A DNA stretch of 64,000 nucleotides from Eledone cirrhosa. Taxonomy: Eukaryota. Of the stretch, positions 11,197 to 23,000 are shown piece after piece (the stretch's first letter is position 1; every line of letters starts with the position of its first letter). The translations under genes were made by a program, and so were the position numbers. The notes under the pieces are model-generated. The model was given only the letters and a program-made list of their open reading frames with translations, was not told where the DNA came from and did no database searches. The stretch is taken from assembly GCA_964016885.1 (NCBI GenBank), contig OZ024742.1, positions 141,236,001 to 141,300,000 of the forward strand, given 5' to 3'.

Positions 11197-11451
11197 GCCA
11201 GCAGAGTAGTCCGTCGTTGCCGGTGAATTTTCACCAGAGAATGCATTTCTTTCAATTTTTTAATTCTTTGTCAGAGTATATATATATATATATATACTCT
11301 GACTCTTATATATATATAAGAAGCAAAGAAAATTTCAATGACACGAAAGATTTCCTGGTGTAAGTTCAGGCGTACTCCGGGTTGGTATCCAGTTTCGGGG
11401 TGAAAATCCAATTTGAAAATCCAACGAATTTTGAGAGGTCCACGTAAGCGT

Positions 11452-11520
<69 letters not shown>

Positions 11521-11530
11521 TATATATGTA
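11156..11530. repeat. Cluster of (TA)n tracts with short unassigned spacers
   Basis: (TA)n at ~11156-11193, ~11277-11317 and ~11455-11509. Confidence 0.9.
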
Positions 11531-11619
11531 TGTAAAAGATAAACAGAATTAACAACACAATCGGTACAGTTATATGGAAGGGATATATTTGCTTAACGCT
11601 TGATATACCAAGAAGAGGG

Positions 11620-11655
11620 TCTTAACGTTTCGGGCGCTAGTCCTTCATCAGAAGA
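11620..11655 (-). ncRNA. Minimal hammerhead ribozyme motif
   Basis: Minus strand reads TCTT-CTGATGA-A-GGACTAGCGCCC-GAA-ACGT-T-AAGA, with stem I TCTT/AAGA and a palindromic ACGT stem III. Confidence 0.75.
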
Positions 11656-11815
11656 AATAATGAGAAATAAGATAGATTGAGTGGACGGGCGGAAAAAATG
11701 TCTTTAGATAAAAGGAACACGTCCATTCATGTTGACATCTCTTGTTAATTTTATGCAAAGACATTTTTTCCAATTCCAACGCCCGTCCCCTCAATCTATC
11801 TTATTTCTTATTCTT

Positions 11816-11851
11816 TCTTCTGATGAAGGACTAGCGTCCGAAACATTAAAA
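11816..11851 (+). ncRNA. Minimal hammerhead ribozyme motif
   Basis: TCTT-CTGATGA-A-GGA-CTAGCG-TCC-GAA-ACAT-T-AAAA. Stem III shows CpG-type decay relative to the mirror copy. Confidence 0.7.
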
Positions 11852-11923
11852 TCCTCTTCCTGCTATATCAAGCGTTAACCTAATATATCCCTTCCATATA
11901 TTGTACCGATTGTGTTATTTCTG

Positions 11924-12025
<102 letters not shown>

Positions 12026-12377
12026 GCTCTGCATTGTTAAATTTTCATTACAGACACAACCACAAGGATATAGTCCGACCGTGGAAGAGCCGAACTCCCA
12101 CTGTCATCGCCTCCACTTCTCTCGCCATCCCCATCTCTCCGTATGGTGAACAAATGGTGTGGTGAGGAAATGGGGTCCTCGGCGGACAGAATGGAGAAGG
12201 CGTTTCCCCGGAGGAATATATATATACTGTATATATAAATAAAATGATTCGTACACACATCAATTCATTGCAGCCACACGTTTCATGATCTAACAAACTT
12301 GCATACGTGCAAGCTATGTTTGTTAGTCACAGCTCTCCTTGTATATAGAGCGATCTTTCTTCTTGTTGATATTTCCG

Positions 12378-12378
<1 letters not shown>

Positions 12379-12431
<53 letters not shown>
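12379..12431. repeat. (CA)n microsatellite
   Basis: Directly visible. Confidence 0.98.
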
Positions 12432-12434
<3 letters not shown>

Positions 12435-12452
12435 CACATTCTATGTATTGTT

Positions 12453-12510
12453 TATAGTTTATCAATCCCCGAGTGCAATGTTGACCATGGCGGGATTTGA
12501 ACTCAAGACG
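12453..12510 (-). mobile_element. Fragment of the Nin-type tRNA SINE (B box plus partial core)
   Basis: Minus strand TGAGTTCAAATCCCGCCATGGTCAACATTGC..GGGGATTGATAAA resembles 5146-5203. Confidence 0.6.
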
Positions 12511-12881
12511 CATTATATGTTTCTTTTCATATGAATAAATATTTTCTCTAAAACAATTTTTGTTTCATTTAATGTCTTCTTACAATTAAAATGGTGGAGA
12601 TTGTCTGTAGTATATAGCTATGAGTTTCGCCAGAAAATATTTTTTGGAACCACAGCTATAAAGTATTCAAGTATCTGGTACGAACTGAGAAATTGATTAT
12701 TATTTATTATTTTTCTAATGAAATACACTGCCTATGTATGTTAATACAAAAAAATCGAAGGAATTTACTAATATAGGTTAAGTGCTTCATTATTAAGCTG
12801 ATGTTTGGAACATTACATAACAAAAGGTTCTTACATAAAATTATATTGATAGGTTTTAATATAAGTATGGTCACTTTAAAT

Positions 12882-13090
12882 GGTCAGGTCAGGCATCTGC
12901 CTGCTATTGGTGCTATGTAATCCAGTAGAATCTGCTTCATCGTTGAGTGGTTGGCGACTAAACAGTCTCCCCCATCAGACCAACGTCTGGTGATGAGGAT
13001 AAGTGGAGCCCCAGTAGCACACACAAAAAAAAGAGCTATTAAAAGAGCAGATATACTCCTCAGTCAACGTCTATCCACCCCAACTATGGG
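12882..13090 (+). mobile_element. Diverged 5' portion of the RTE-derived element, copy D
   Basis: GTCAGGTCA..TGCTATTGGT..ATGTAATCCAGTA..GTTGGCGACTAAAC..AGTCAACGTCTATCCA aligns with 14577-14768. Confidence 0.65.
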
Positions 13091-13619
13091 TCAAATAGTA
13101 ACCCCCCCACCAACTCGTAATTGGCCAAGCGAGGTGAGTACGCAAACACCCCTGACATGACCAAAAACAAACAGAAAGCGGTGGAGGTCAACTTGGGAGA
13201 GGTTCCTCCATCATGAGTGAGAAGGCACTGGATTAGAATCAGGCAGGTTGGTATCAAAAGGGTGAAAAAAGTATTTCCATAATTCACGTTTCTTATTTTT
13301 TTTTTCGTTATGCCTTTTCTTTTGTATATGCTAGATGCTTGACAACTGTTAGTTCTAGAATGGCATTAAGTTAGACATTTTGACTATGTCTCATGACAGA
13401 ATTTCTGCCGTTACAGAAAAAGCTGTCACTGCTCAAAAGTTTTGAAGATATTAATTAAATTCATATTTATTTAGATTCACCTATTTATTACTCAGAGACC
13501 TATAATAACACATGTAGATGTAAACATACGCATTAGTAAAATTAGATATATGTCTATTTTGACAGAATCAATAGTCATACACCTCACAAACGCACGATGC
13601 TATGCATACAAAAAAACCT

Positions 13620-13935
<316 letters not shown>

Positions 13936-14393
13936 ATGTAGTCAATACGATTTTGACGTTTTTATCCCTTTCAAACGATGAACGTTGATTTGAAATACGT
14001 CGTCATCCAGAAGCTCTCCAAGCAACTTCAGGCAACAATTGCTCCTCTCAGGCTGTCAACTGTACGCCCAAGTCAATTATCGTATATGGAATTGGTGAAG
14101 GGTTAGACGTCGCTTTGGTCGTCTTCCGCTTTATTATGTTAGTGTCAGGTTAGGCTTAACAAGAAAAAAAAAACCAACGCTCGCTAGTCAGCTGTACTGA
14201 AAGTGAAAGTTTCTTTTGATCAATTCATCTTATTTAATGACAAACTACAGCACCAATAGCAACAACACCAGCAGCGGTAGTAAGAAAAGCAGCATCAGCA
14301 CCAGTAGCAATAGCGAAAACAAGAACAAGAACAACACCATCAACACGTTTGGCATAAGAGCAAAAAACAGCGATAAATCAATACACACAGACA

Positions 14394-14577
14394 CATGTAT
14401 GTATGTATGAATTTATGTATGTATGTATGTATGTATGTATGTATGTATGTATGTATGTATGTATTTATGTATGTATGTATGTATGTATTTATGTATGTAT
14501 TTATGTATGTATGTATGTATGTATGTATGTATGTATGTATGTATGTATGTATGTATGTATGTATGTATGTATTTATG
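14394..14577. repeat. (TATG)n microsatellite with TATT interruptions
   Basis: Directly visible. Confidence 0.97.
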
Positions 14578-15185
14578 TCAGGTCACCAGTTGGTGCTACT
14601 GGTAACATGTATCCCAGTACAACCTGTCTCATGGTCGGGTCGTTGGCGACTAAACTGGCAACCCCACCAAGGTTTCTTTGTGAGGAGGGTGACTTTGGAC
14701 ATCCTGCAGGACTAAAAACAAAACCTGTCAAAGGGCAAAGGAGTTCTTAAGAGTCAATGGCCATCCAAAATCACCGGGAGAGATGACCCCTTAGCCTTTG
14801 TCAAGGCAGAATTCTAGGAGAAGGAAAACTCTGATATAACACCTGCAACCCTGATGGTATCCAATGATGTTGACGTGTTCTTCTTTTTGGTAAATATCAT
14901 CTTGGTTAAGAGAGTGGGACTAGCTTTGTGCAGTGCCTTTGCTCACTATAAAAGCTTCACGGCACAGGCATTGCTTTATATCTGGAGATCTCTCTGCACT
15001 TGTCATCACAGGGTACAATGGGCCCAGCACTATGTGTCAGTAATTGTTACAAGTGTAGTGTTTATACCAGAGTTTTAAAGTAGCTGGCTGGACTAAAAAG
15101 TCACACTCGTTCAGCGCATCGGTAGGGGTTCTCCTACATGGATATAAAGTAGTGGCCGTACTCGAAAACGAGTTGGCAGCCACCA
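14577..15185 (+). mobile_element. Non-autonomous RTE-derived (bipartite) element, copy B, the longest
   Basis: Contains the RTE 5'UTR-type motif CTAGGAGAAGGAAAACTCTGA (14814-14834) and a multi-hairpin 5' region. A 3' stem-loop TGGC..CTCG-AAAA-CGAG..GCCA precedes (TATG)n. No RT ORF. Confidence 0.75.
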
Positions 15186-15267
15186 TGTATGTATGTATGT
15201 ATGTATGTATGTATGTATGTATGTATGTATGTATGTATGTATGTATGTATGTATGTATGTATGTATG
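15186..15267. repeat. (TATG)n microsatellite
   Basis: Directly visible. Confidence 0.98.
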
Positions 15268-15840
15268 CATGGTCGGGTCGTCGGCGACTAAACCGGCAAC
15301 CCCACCAAGTTTACTTGGTGAGGAGGGTGATTTTGGACACCCTGCAGGACAAAAAACAAAACCTGACAAAGGGCGGAAGATCTCATAAGAGTCAACGGCC
15401 ATCCAAAAGTGTGTAAATATGTATATACACATGTACATATGTATGTATTTGTGTATATACATGGGTGCATGTGTATGTACATGCGCGGGGACATAGAAAT
15501 AATCGGGCTGGACACCCGATCGCGTAGTTAAACCACTGGGAGTGAAGGACCCCTAGCCTTTGTCAGGGCATTCTTCTAGGAGAAGGCAACTCAGGAAACT
15601 GGGATAACTCCGATATAAAACCTGCGGCTCAGTAGTTACCGATGATGTTGATCTTTTCTTCTTTTTGGGTTATAGCTACTGTCGCTCAGAGAGTGGGATT
15701 GGCTCAGTGCACAGTCTTTCCTCACTTTAAAAAATACCTTCACGCACAGGCATTGCACGATAGAATTAATAAATAATTATTAATAATGGTATATCGTGCA
15801 ATGGCCATACTCGATAACGAGGGGGCAGCCATCATCATCA
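15268..15840 (+). mobile_element. Non-autonomous RTE-derived element, copy C
   Basis: Clearly homologous to 14630-14975. The 3' end is TGGC-CATA-CTCG-ATAA-CGAG..GCCA-TCATCATCATGTATG. Confidence 0.75.
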
Positions 15841-15861
15841 TGTATGTATGTATATATATAT

Positions 15862-15985
15862 ACTTCGTTTTTGTATTTGATTTTTTTTATCGGGAAACGA
15901 TTGTTGAAACAGATATTGTTATACTTTAGTAGGGTCATGTTTTTTTTTGTTGGCAGTATGACCCTCCCAAAGTATAACAATATAT
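15862..15985. mobile_element. Short inverted PLE terminal fragments forming a hairpin
   Basis: ATATTGTTATACTTTAGTAGGGTCAT pairs with ATGACCCTCCCAAAGTATAACAATAT. Homologous to 9428-9512 and 8090-8117. Confidence 0.7.
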
Positions 15986-16079
15986 ATATATACAAATGAA
16001 GAAAAGTAAGGACCCCCGTCAGTCACGAATGACCAAGGGATTTGCACCTAGAAAATTCCCCTCCGAAGCGCAACTCTGT

Positions 16080-16194
16080 GCTACGTGAAATAAAGTGTCT
16101 TGTTCAAGGACACAACGCATTTCTAGGTCAGGGAATCGAACTCACAACCTCACGATTGCATGCCCAACGCTCTAACCACTAAGCCATGCACCTT
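16080..16194 (-). mobile_element. tRNA-derived SINE 5' half with a CORE/Meta-like domain
   Basis: Minus strand has A box TGGCTTAGTGG, B box GTTCGATTCC, then GTGTCCTTGAACAAGACACTT. Confidence 0.8.
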
Positions 16195-16264
16195 CACACA
16201 CACATGTGAAAACGTTACCATGTCAAGGCAGCTGGTACTTACAAATGAAACGCAGGTTTTCTTC

Positions 16265-16266
16265 GG

Positions 16267-16340
<74 letters not shown>

Positions 16341-16341
16341 G

Positions 16342-16409
<68 letters not shown>

Positions 16410-16410
16410 G

Positions 16411-16502
<92 letters not shown>

Positions 16503-16503
16503 G

Positions 16504-16577
<74 letters not shown>

Positions 16578-16581
16578 GTGG

Positions 16582-16630
<49 letters not shown>

Positions 16631-16656
16631 GCTGCTGGTACTACTGCTGCTGCTAG

Positions 16657-16726
<70 letters not shown>
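16265..16726. repeat. Compound higher-order trinucleotide repeat [GGT(ACT)n(GCT)~6]x4 plus degenerate units
   Basis: Directly visible. Confidence 0.97.
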
Positions 16727-16727
<1 letters not shown>

Positions 16728-16892
16728 ACAACGCAAAACAACAACAACAATAGCAATATCAATAATAATATACAAAATAATATTGATAATGTGATCATGA
16801 TAAATTTAGCAGTAGCAATAACCGTGACAGTAACCATCATAAGATGAAGATGTGACGATAACGATGACGACGATGATGATAATGGTATGGGG

Positions 16893-17090
16893 GATAATAA
16901 TTGTTTCTAATTTTGGCACGAGGCCAGCAATTACCCCAGTGCATTAGTGGTGCCTTATTTTACCGATCCCGTAAGGATGAAAGGCAAAGCTAACTTCGGC
17001 GGGATTTGAACTCAGAACGTAAGAGGCCGTAACTCTGTGCTGCAAAGCATGTCCGACGCGCTACCGAAACTGCCAATCCATCGCCCTTAC
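16893..17090 (-). mobile_element. tRNA-derived Nin/Deu-type SINE whose 5' head is the first unit of the satellite
   Basis: Minus strand reads GTAAGGGCGATGGATTGGCAGTTTCGGTAGCGCGTCGGAC...GAGTTCAAATCCC...CTTTGCCTTTCATCCTTACGGGATCGGTAAAATAAGG...TAGAAACAATTATT. Same family as 5080-5262. Confidence 0.9.
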
Positions 17091-20000
17091 TGCCAATCCA
17101 TCGCCCTTACTGCCAATCTCTCGCCCTTACTGCCAATCTCTCGCCCTTACTGCCAATCTCTCGCCCTTACTGCCAATCTCTCGCTCTTACTGCCAATCCA
17201 TCGCTCTTACTGCCAATCTCTCGCCCTTACTGCCAATCTCTCGCCCTTACTGCCAATCTCTCGCCCTTACTGCCAATCTCTCGCCCTTACTGCCAATCTC
17301 TCGCTCTTACTGCCAATCCATCGCCCTTACTGCCAATCTCTCCCCCTTACTGCCAATCTCTCGCCCTTACTGCCAATCCATCGCTCTTACTGCCAATCTC
17401 TCGCCCTTACTGCCAATCTCTCGCCCTTACTGCCAATCTCTCGCTCTTACTGCCAATCCATCGCTCTTACTGCCGATCTCTCGCCCTTACTGCCAATCTC
17501 TCGCCCTTACTGCCAATCTCTCGCCCTTACTGCCAATCTCTCGCCCTTACTGCCAATCCATCGCCCTTACTGCCAATCTCTCGCCCTTACTGCCAATCTC
17601 TCGCCCTTACTGCCAATCTCTCGCCCTTACTGCCAATCCATCGCCCTTACTGCCAATCTCTCGCCCTTACTGCCAATCTCTCGCCCTTACTGCCAATCTC
17701 TCGCCCTTACTGCCAATCCATCGCCCTTCCTGCCAATCTCTCGCCCTTACTGCCAATCTCTCGCCCTTACTGCCAATCTCTCGCCCTTACTGCCAATCCA
17801 TCGCCCTTCCTGCCAATCTCTCGCCCTTACTGCCAATCTCTCACCCTTACTGCCGATCTCTCGCCCTTACTGCCAATCTCTCGCCCTTACTGCCAATATC
17901 TCGCCCTTACTGCCAATCTCTCGCCCTTCCTGCCAATCCATCGCCCTTACTGCCAATCTCTCGCCCTTACTGCCAATCTCTCGCCCTTACTGCCAATCCA
18001 TCGCCCTTCCTGCCAATCTCTCGCCCTTACTTCCAATCTCTCGCCCTTACTGCCAATCTCTCGCCCTTACTGCCAATCTCTCACCCTTACTGCCGATCTC
18101 TCGCCCTTACTGCCAATCTCTCGCCCTTACTGCCAATATCTCGCCCTTACTGCCAATCTCTCGCCCTTCCTGCCAATCCATCGCCCTTACTGCCAATCTC
18201 TCGCCCTTACTGCCAATCTCTCGCCCTTACTTCCAATCTCTCGCCCTTACTGCCAATCCATCGCCCTTCCTGCCAATCCATCGCCCTTACTGCCAATCTC
18301 TCGCCCTTACTGCCAATCTCTCGCCCTTACTGCCAATCCATCGCCCTTACTGCCAATCCATCGCCCTTCCTGCCAATCCATCGCCCTTACTGCCAATCTC
18401 TCGCCCTTACTGCCAATCTCTCGCCCTTACTGCCAATCCATCGCCCTTCCTGCCAATCTCTCGCCCTTACTTCCAATCTCTCGCCCTTACTGCCGATCTC
18501 TCGCCCTTACTGCCAATCCATCGCCCTTACTGCCGATCTCTCGCCCTTACTGCCAATCCATCGCCCTTACTGCCGATCTCTCGCCCTTACTGCCAATCTC
18601 TCGCCCTTACTGCCGATCTCTCGCCCTTACTGCCAATCCATCGCCCTTACTGCCAATCTCTCGCCCTTACTGCCAATCTCTCGCCCTTACTGCCGATCTC
18701 TAGCCCTTACTGCCAATCCATCGCCCTTACTGCCAATCTCTCGCCCTTACTGCCAATCTCTCGCCCTTACTGCCAATCTCTCGCCCTTACTGCCAATCTC
18801 TCGCCCTTACTGCCAATCTCTCGCCCTTACTGCCAATCCATCGCCCTTACTGCCGATCTCTCGCCCTTACTGCCGATCTCTCGCCCTTACTGCCAATCTC
18901 TCGCCCTTACTGCCGATCTCTCGCCCTTACTGCCAATTCATCGCCCTTACTGCCAATCCATCGCCCTTTCTGCCAATCTCTCGCCCTTACTGCCGATCTC
19001 TAGCCCTTACTGCCAATCCATCGCCCTTACTGCCAATCTCTCGCCCTTACTGCCAATCTCTCGCCCTTACTGCCAATTCATCGCCCTTACTGCCAATCCA
19101 TCGCCCTTTCTGCCAATCTCTCGCCCTTACTGCCGATCTCTCGCCCTTACTGCCAATCCATCGCCCTTACTGCCAATCTCTCGCCCTTACTGCCAATCTC
19201 TCGCCCTTACTGCCGATCTCTAGCCCTTACTGCCAATCCATCGCCCTTACTGCCAATCTCTCGCCCTTACTGCCAATCTCTCGCCCTTACTGCCAATCTC
19301 TCGCCCTTACTGCCAATCTCTCGTCCTTACTGCCAATCTCTCGCCCTTACTGCCAATCTCTCGCCCTTACTGCCAATCTCTCGCCCTTACTGCCAATCTC
19401 TCGCCCTTACTGCCAATCTCTCGCCCTTACTGCCAATCCATCGCCCTTCCTGCCAATCTCTCGCCCTTACTGCCAATCTCTCGCCCTTACTGCCAATCTC
19501 TCGCCCTTACTGCCAATCTCTCCCCCTTACTGCCAATCTCTCGCCCTTACTGCCAATCTCTCGCCCTTACTGCCAATCTCTCGCCCTTACTGCCAATCCA
19601 TCGCCCTTCCTGCCAATCTCTCGCCCTTACTGCCAATCCATCGCCCTTACTGCCAATCTCTCGCCCTTACTGCCAATCTCTCGCCCTTACTGCCAATCTC
19701 TCGCCCTTACTGCCAATCCATCGCCCTTCCTGCCAATCTCTCGCCCTTACTGCCAATCTCTCGCCCTTACTGCCAATCCATCGCCCTTACTGCCGATCTC
19801 TCGCCCTTACTGCCAATTCATCGCCCTTACTGCCAATCCATCGCCCTTACTGCCGATCTCTCGCCCTTACTGCCAATTCATCGCCCTTACTGCCAATCCA
19901 TCGCCCTTCCTGCCAATCTCTCGCCCTTACTGCCAATCTCTCGCCCTTACTGCCAATCTCCCCCCCTTATTGCCAATCTCTCGCCCTTACTGCCGATCTC

Positions 20001-23000
20001 TCGCCCTTACTGCCAATCTCTCGCCCTTACTGCCAATCTCTCGCCCTTACTGCCAATCCATCGCCCTTACTGCCAATCTCTCACCCTTACTGCCGATCTC
20101 TCGCCCTTACTGCCAATCTCTCGCCCTTACTGCCAATCCATCGCCCTTACTGCCAATCTCTCGCCCTTACTGCCAATCTCTCGTCCTTACTGCCAATCTC
20201 TCGCCCTTACTGCCAATCTCTCGCCCTTACTGCCAATCCATCGCCCTTACTGCCAATCTCTCGTCCTTACTGCCAATCTCTCGCCCTTACTGCCAATCTC
20301 TCGCCCTTACTGCCAATCCATCGCCCTTCCTGCCAATCTCTCGCCCTTACTGCCAATCTCTCGCCCTTACTGCCAATCTCTCACCCTTACTGCCGATCTC
20401 TCGCCCTTACTGCCAATCTCTCGCCCTTACTGCCAATCCATCGCCCTTACTGCCAATCTCTCGCCCTTACTGCCGATCTCTCGCCCTTACTGCCAATTCA
20501 TCGCCCTTACTGCCAATCCATCGCCCTTTCTGCCAATCTCTCGCCCTTACTGCCAATCTCTCGTCCTTACTGCCAATCTCTCGCCCTTACTGCCAATCTC
20601 TCGCCCTTACTGCCAATCTCTCACCCTTACTGCCGATCTCTCGCCCTTACTGCCAATCTCTCGCCCTTACTGCCAATCTCTCGCCCTTACTGCCAATCTC
20701 TCGCCCTTACTGCCAATCTCTCGCCCTTACTGCCAATCTCTCGCCCTTACTGCCAATCTCTCACCCTTACTGCCGATCTCTCGCCCTTACTGCCGATCTC
20801 TCGCCCTTACTGCCAATCTCTCGCCCTTACTGCCAATCTCTCGCCCTTACTGCCAATCTCTCGCCCTTACTGCCAATATCTCGCCCTTACTGCCAATCTC
20901 TCACCCTTACTGCCGATCTCTCGCCCTTACTGCCAATCTCTCGCCCTTACTGCCAATCTCTCGCCCTTACTGCCAATCTCTCGCCCTTACTGCCAATCTC
21001 TCGCCCTTACTGCCAATCTCCCCCCCTTATTGCCAATCTCTCGCCCTTACTGCCGATCTCTCGCCCTTACTGCCAATCTCTCGCCCTTACTGCCAATCTC
21101 TCGCCCTTACTGCCAATCCATCGCCCTTACTGCCAATCTCTCACCCTTACTGCCGATCTCTCGCCCTTACTGCCAATCTCTCGCCCTTACTGCCAATCCA
21201 TCGCCCTTACTGCCAATCTCTCACCCTTACTGCCAATCTCTCGCCCTTACTGCCAATCCATCGCCCTTACTGCCAATCTCTCGCCCTTACTGCCAATCTC
21301 TCGTCCTTACTGCCAATCTCTCGCCCTTACTGCCAATCTCTCGCCCTTACTGCCAATCCATCGCCCTTACTGCCAATCTCTCGCCCTTACTGCCAATCTC
21401 TCGTCCTTACTGCGAATCTCTCGCCCTTACTGCCAATCTCTCGCCCTTACTGCCAATCCATCGCCCTTACTGCCAATCTCTCGCCCTTACTGCCAATCTC
21501 TCACCCTTACTGCCGATCTCTCGCCCTTACTGCCAATCTCTCGCCCTTACTGCCAATCCATCGCCCTTACTGCCAATCTCTCGCCCTTACTGCCGATCTC
21601 TCGCCCTTACTGCCAATTCATCGCCCTTACTGCCAATCCATCGCCCTTTCTGCCAATCTCTCGCCCTTACTGCCAATCTCTCGTCCTTACTGCCAATCTC
21701 TCGCCCTTACTGCCAATCTCTCGCCCTTACTGCCAATCTCTCACCCTTACTGCCGATCTCTCGCCCTTACTGCCAATCTCTCGCCCTTACTGCCAATCTC
21801 TCGCCCTTACTGCCAATCTCTCGCCCTTACTGCCAATCTCTCGCCCTTACTGCCAATCTCTCGCCCTTACTGCCAATCTCTCACCCTTACTGCCGATCTC
21901 TCGCCCTTACTGCCAATCTCTCGCCCTTACTGCCAATCTCTCGCCCTTACTGCCAATCTCTCGCCCTTACTGCCAATCTCTCGCCCTTACTGCCAATATC
22001 TCGCCCTTACTGCCAATCTCTCGCCCTTACTGCCAATCTCTCGCCCTTACTGCCAATCCATCGCCCTTCCTGCCAATCTCTCGCCCTTACTTCCAATCTC
22101 TCGCCCTTACTGCCAATCTCTCGCCCTTACTGCCAATCTCTCGCCCTTACTGCCAATCTCTCGCCCTTACTGCCGATCTCTCGCCCTTACTGCCAATCTC
22201 TCGCCCTTACTGCCAATCTCTCGCCCTTACTGCCAATCTCTCGCCCTTACTGCCGATCTCTCGCCCTTACTGCCAATCCATCGCCCTTCCTGCCAATCTC
22301 TCGCCCTTACTGCCAATCTCTCGCCCTTACTGCCAATCTCTCGCCCTTACTGCCGATCTCCCCCCCTTACTGCCAATCTCTCGCCCTTACTGCCAATCTC
22401 CCCCCCTTACTGCCAATCTCCCCCCCTTACTGCCAATCTCCCCCCCTTACTGCCAATCTCTCGCCCTTACTGCCAATCTCTCGCCCTTACTGCCGATCTC
22501 TCGCCCTTACTGCCAATCCATCGCCCTTACTGCCAATCTCTCGCCCTTACTGCCAATCTCTCGCCCTTACTGCCGATCTCTAGCCCTTACTGCCAATCCA
22601 TCGCCCTTACTGCCAATCTCTCGCCCTTACTGCCAATCTCTCGCCCTTACTGCCAATCTCTCGCCCTTACTGCCAATCTCTCGCCCTTACTGCCAATCCA
22701 TCGCCCTTCCTGCCAATCTCTCGCCCTTACTGCCAATCTCTCGCCCTTACTGCCGATCTCTCGCCCTTACTGCCAATCCATCGCCCTTACTGCCAATCTC
22801 TCGCCCTTACTGCCAATCTCTCGCCCTTACTGCCAATCTCTCGCCCTTACTGCCAATCCATCGCCCTTCCTGCCAATCTCTCGCCCTTACTGCCAATCTC
22901 TCGCCCTTACTGCCAATCCATCGCCCTTACTGCCAATCTCTCGCCCTTACTGCCAATCTCTCGCCCTTACTGCCAATTCATCGCCCTTACTGCCAATCCA

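Noticed and set aside
13990-14150. Possible LINE C-terminal remnant on the minus strand (GRRPKRR-like)
   Set aside because: Only a vague basic motif with frameshifts; not supportable without a homology search.
14577-14660. HDV-like ribozyme at the head of the RTE-derived element (CCAGT...C-TAA-ACTGG)
   Set aside because: P2- and J4/2-like pieces exist, but I could not build a convincing P1/P3/L3 nested pseudoknot. An alternative multi-hairpin fold fits better.
16005-16078. Possible fragment of another interspersed repeat
   Set aside because: It is short, has no second copy in the window and shows no diagnostic motif.
16120-16194. Functional tRNA gene
   Set aside because: A and B boxes are present, but the acceptor stem is poor and the sequence continues into a SINE core domain.
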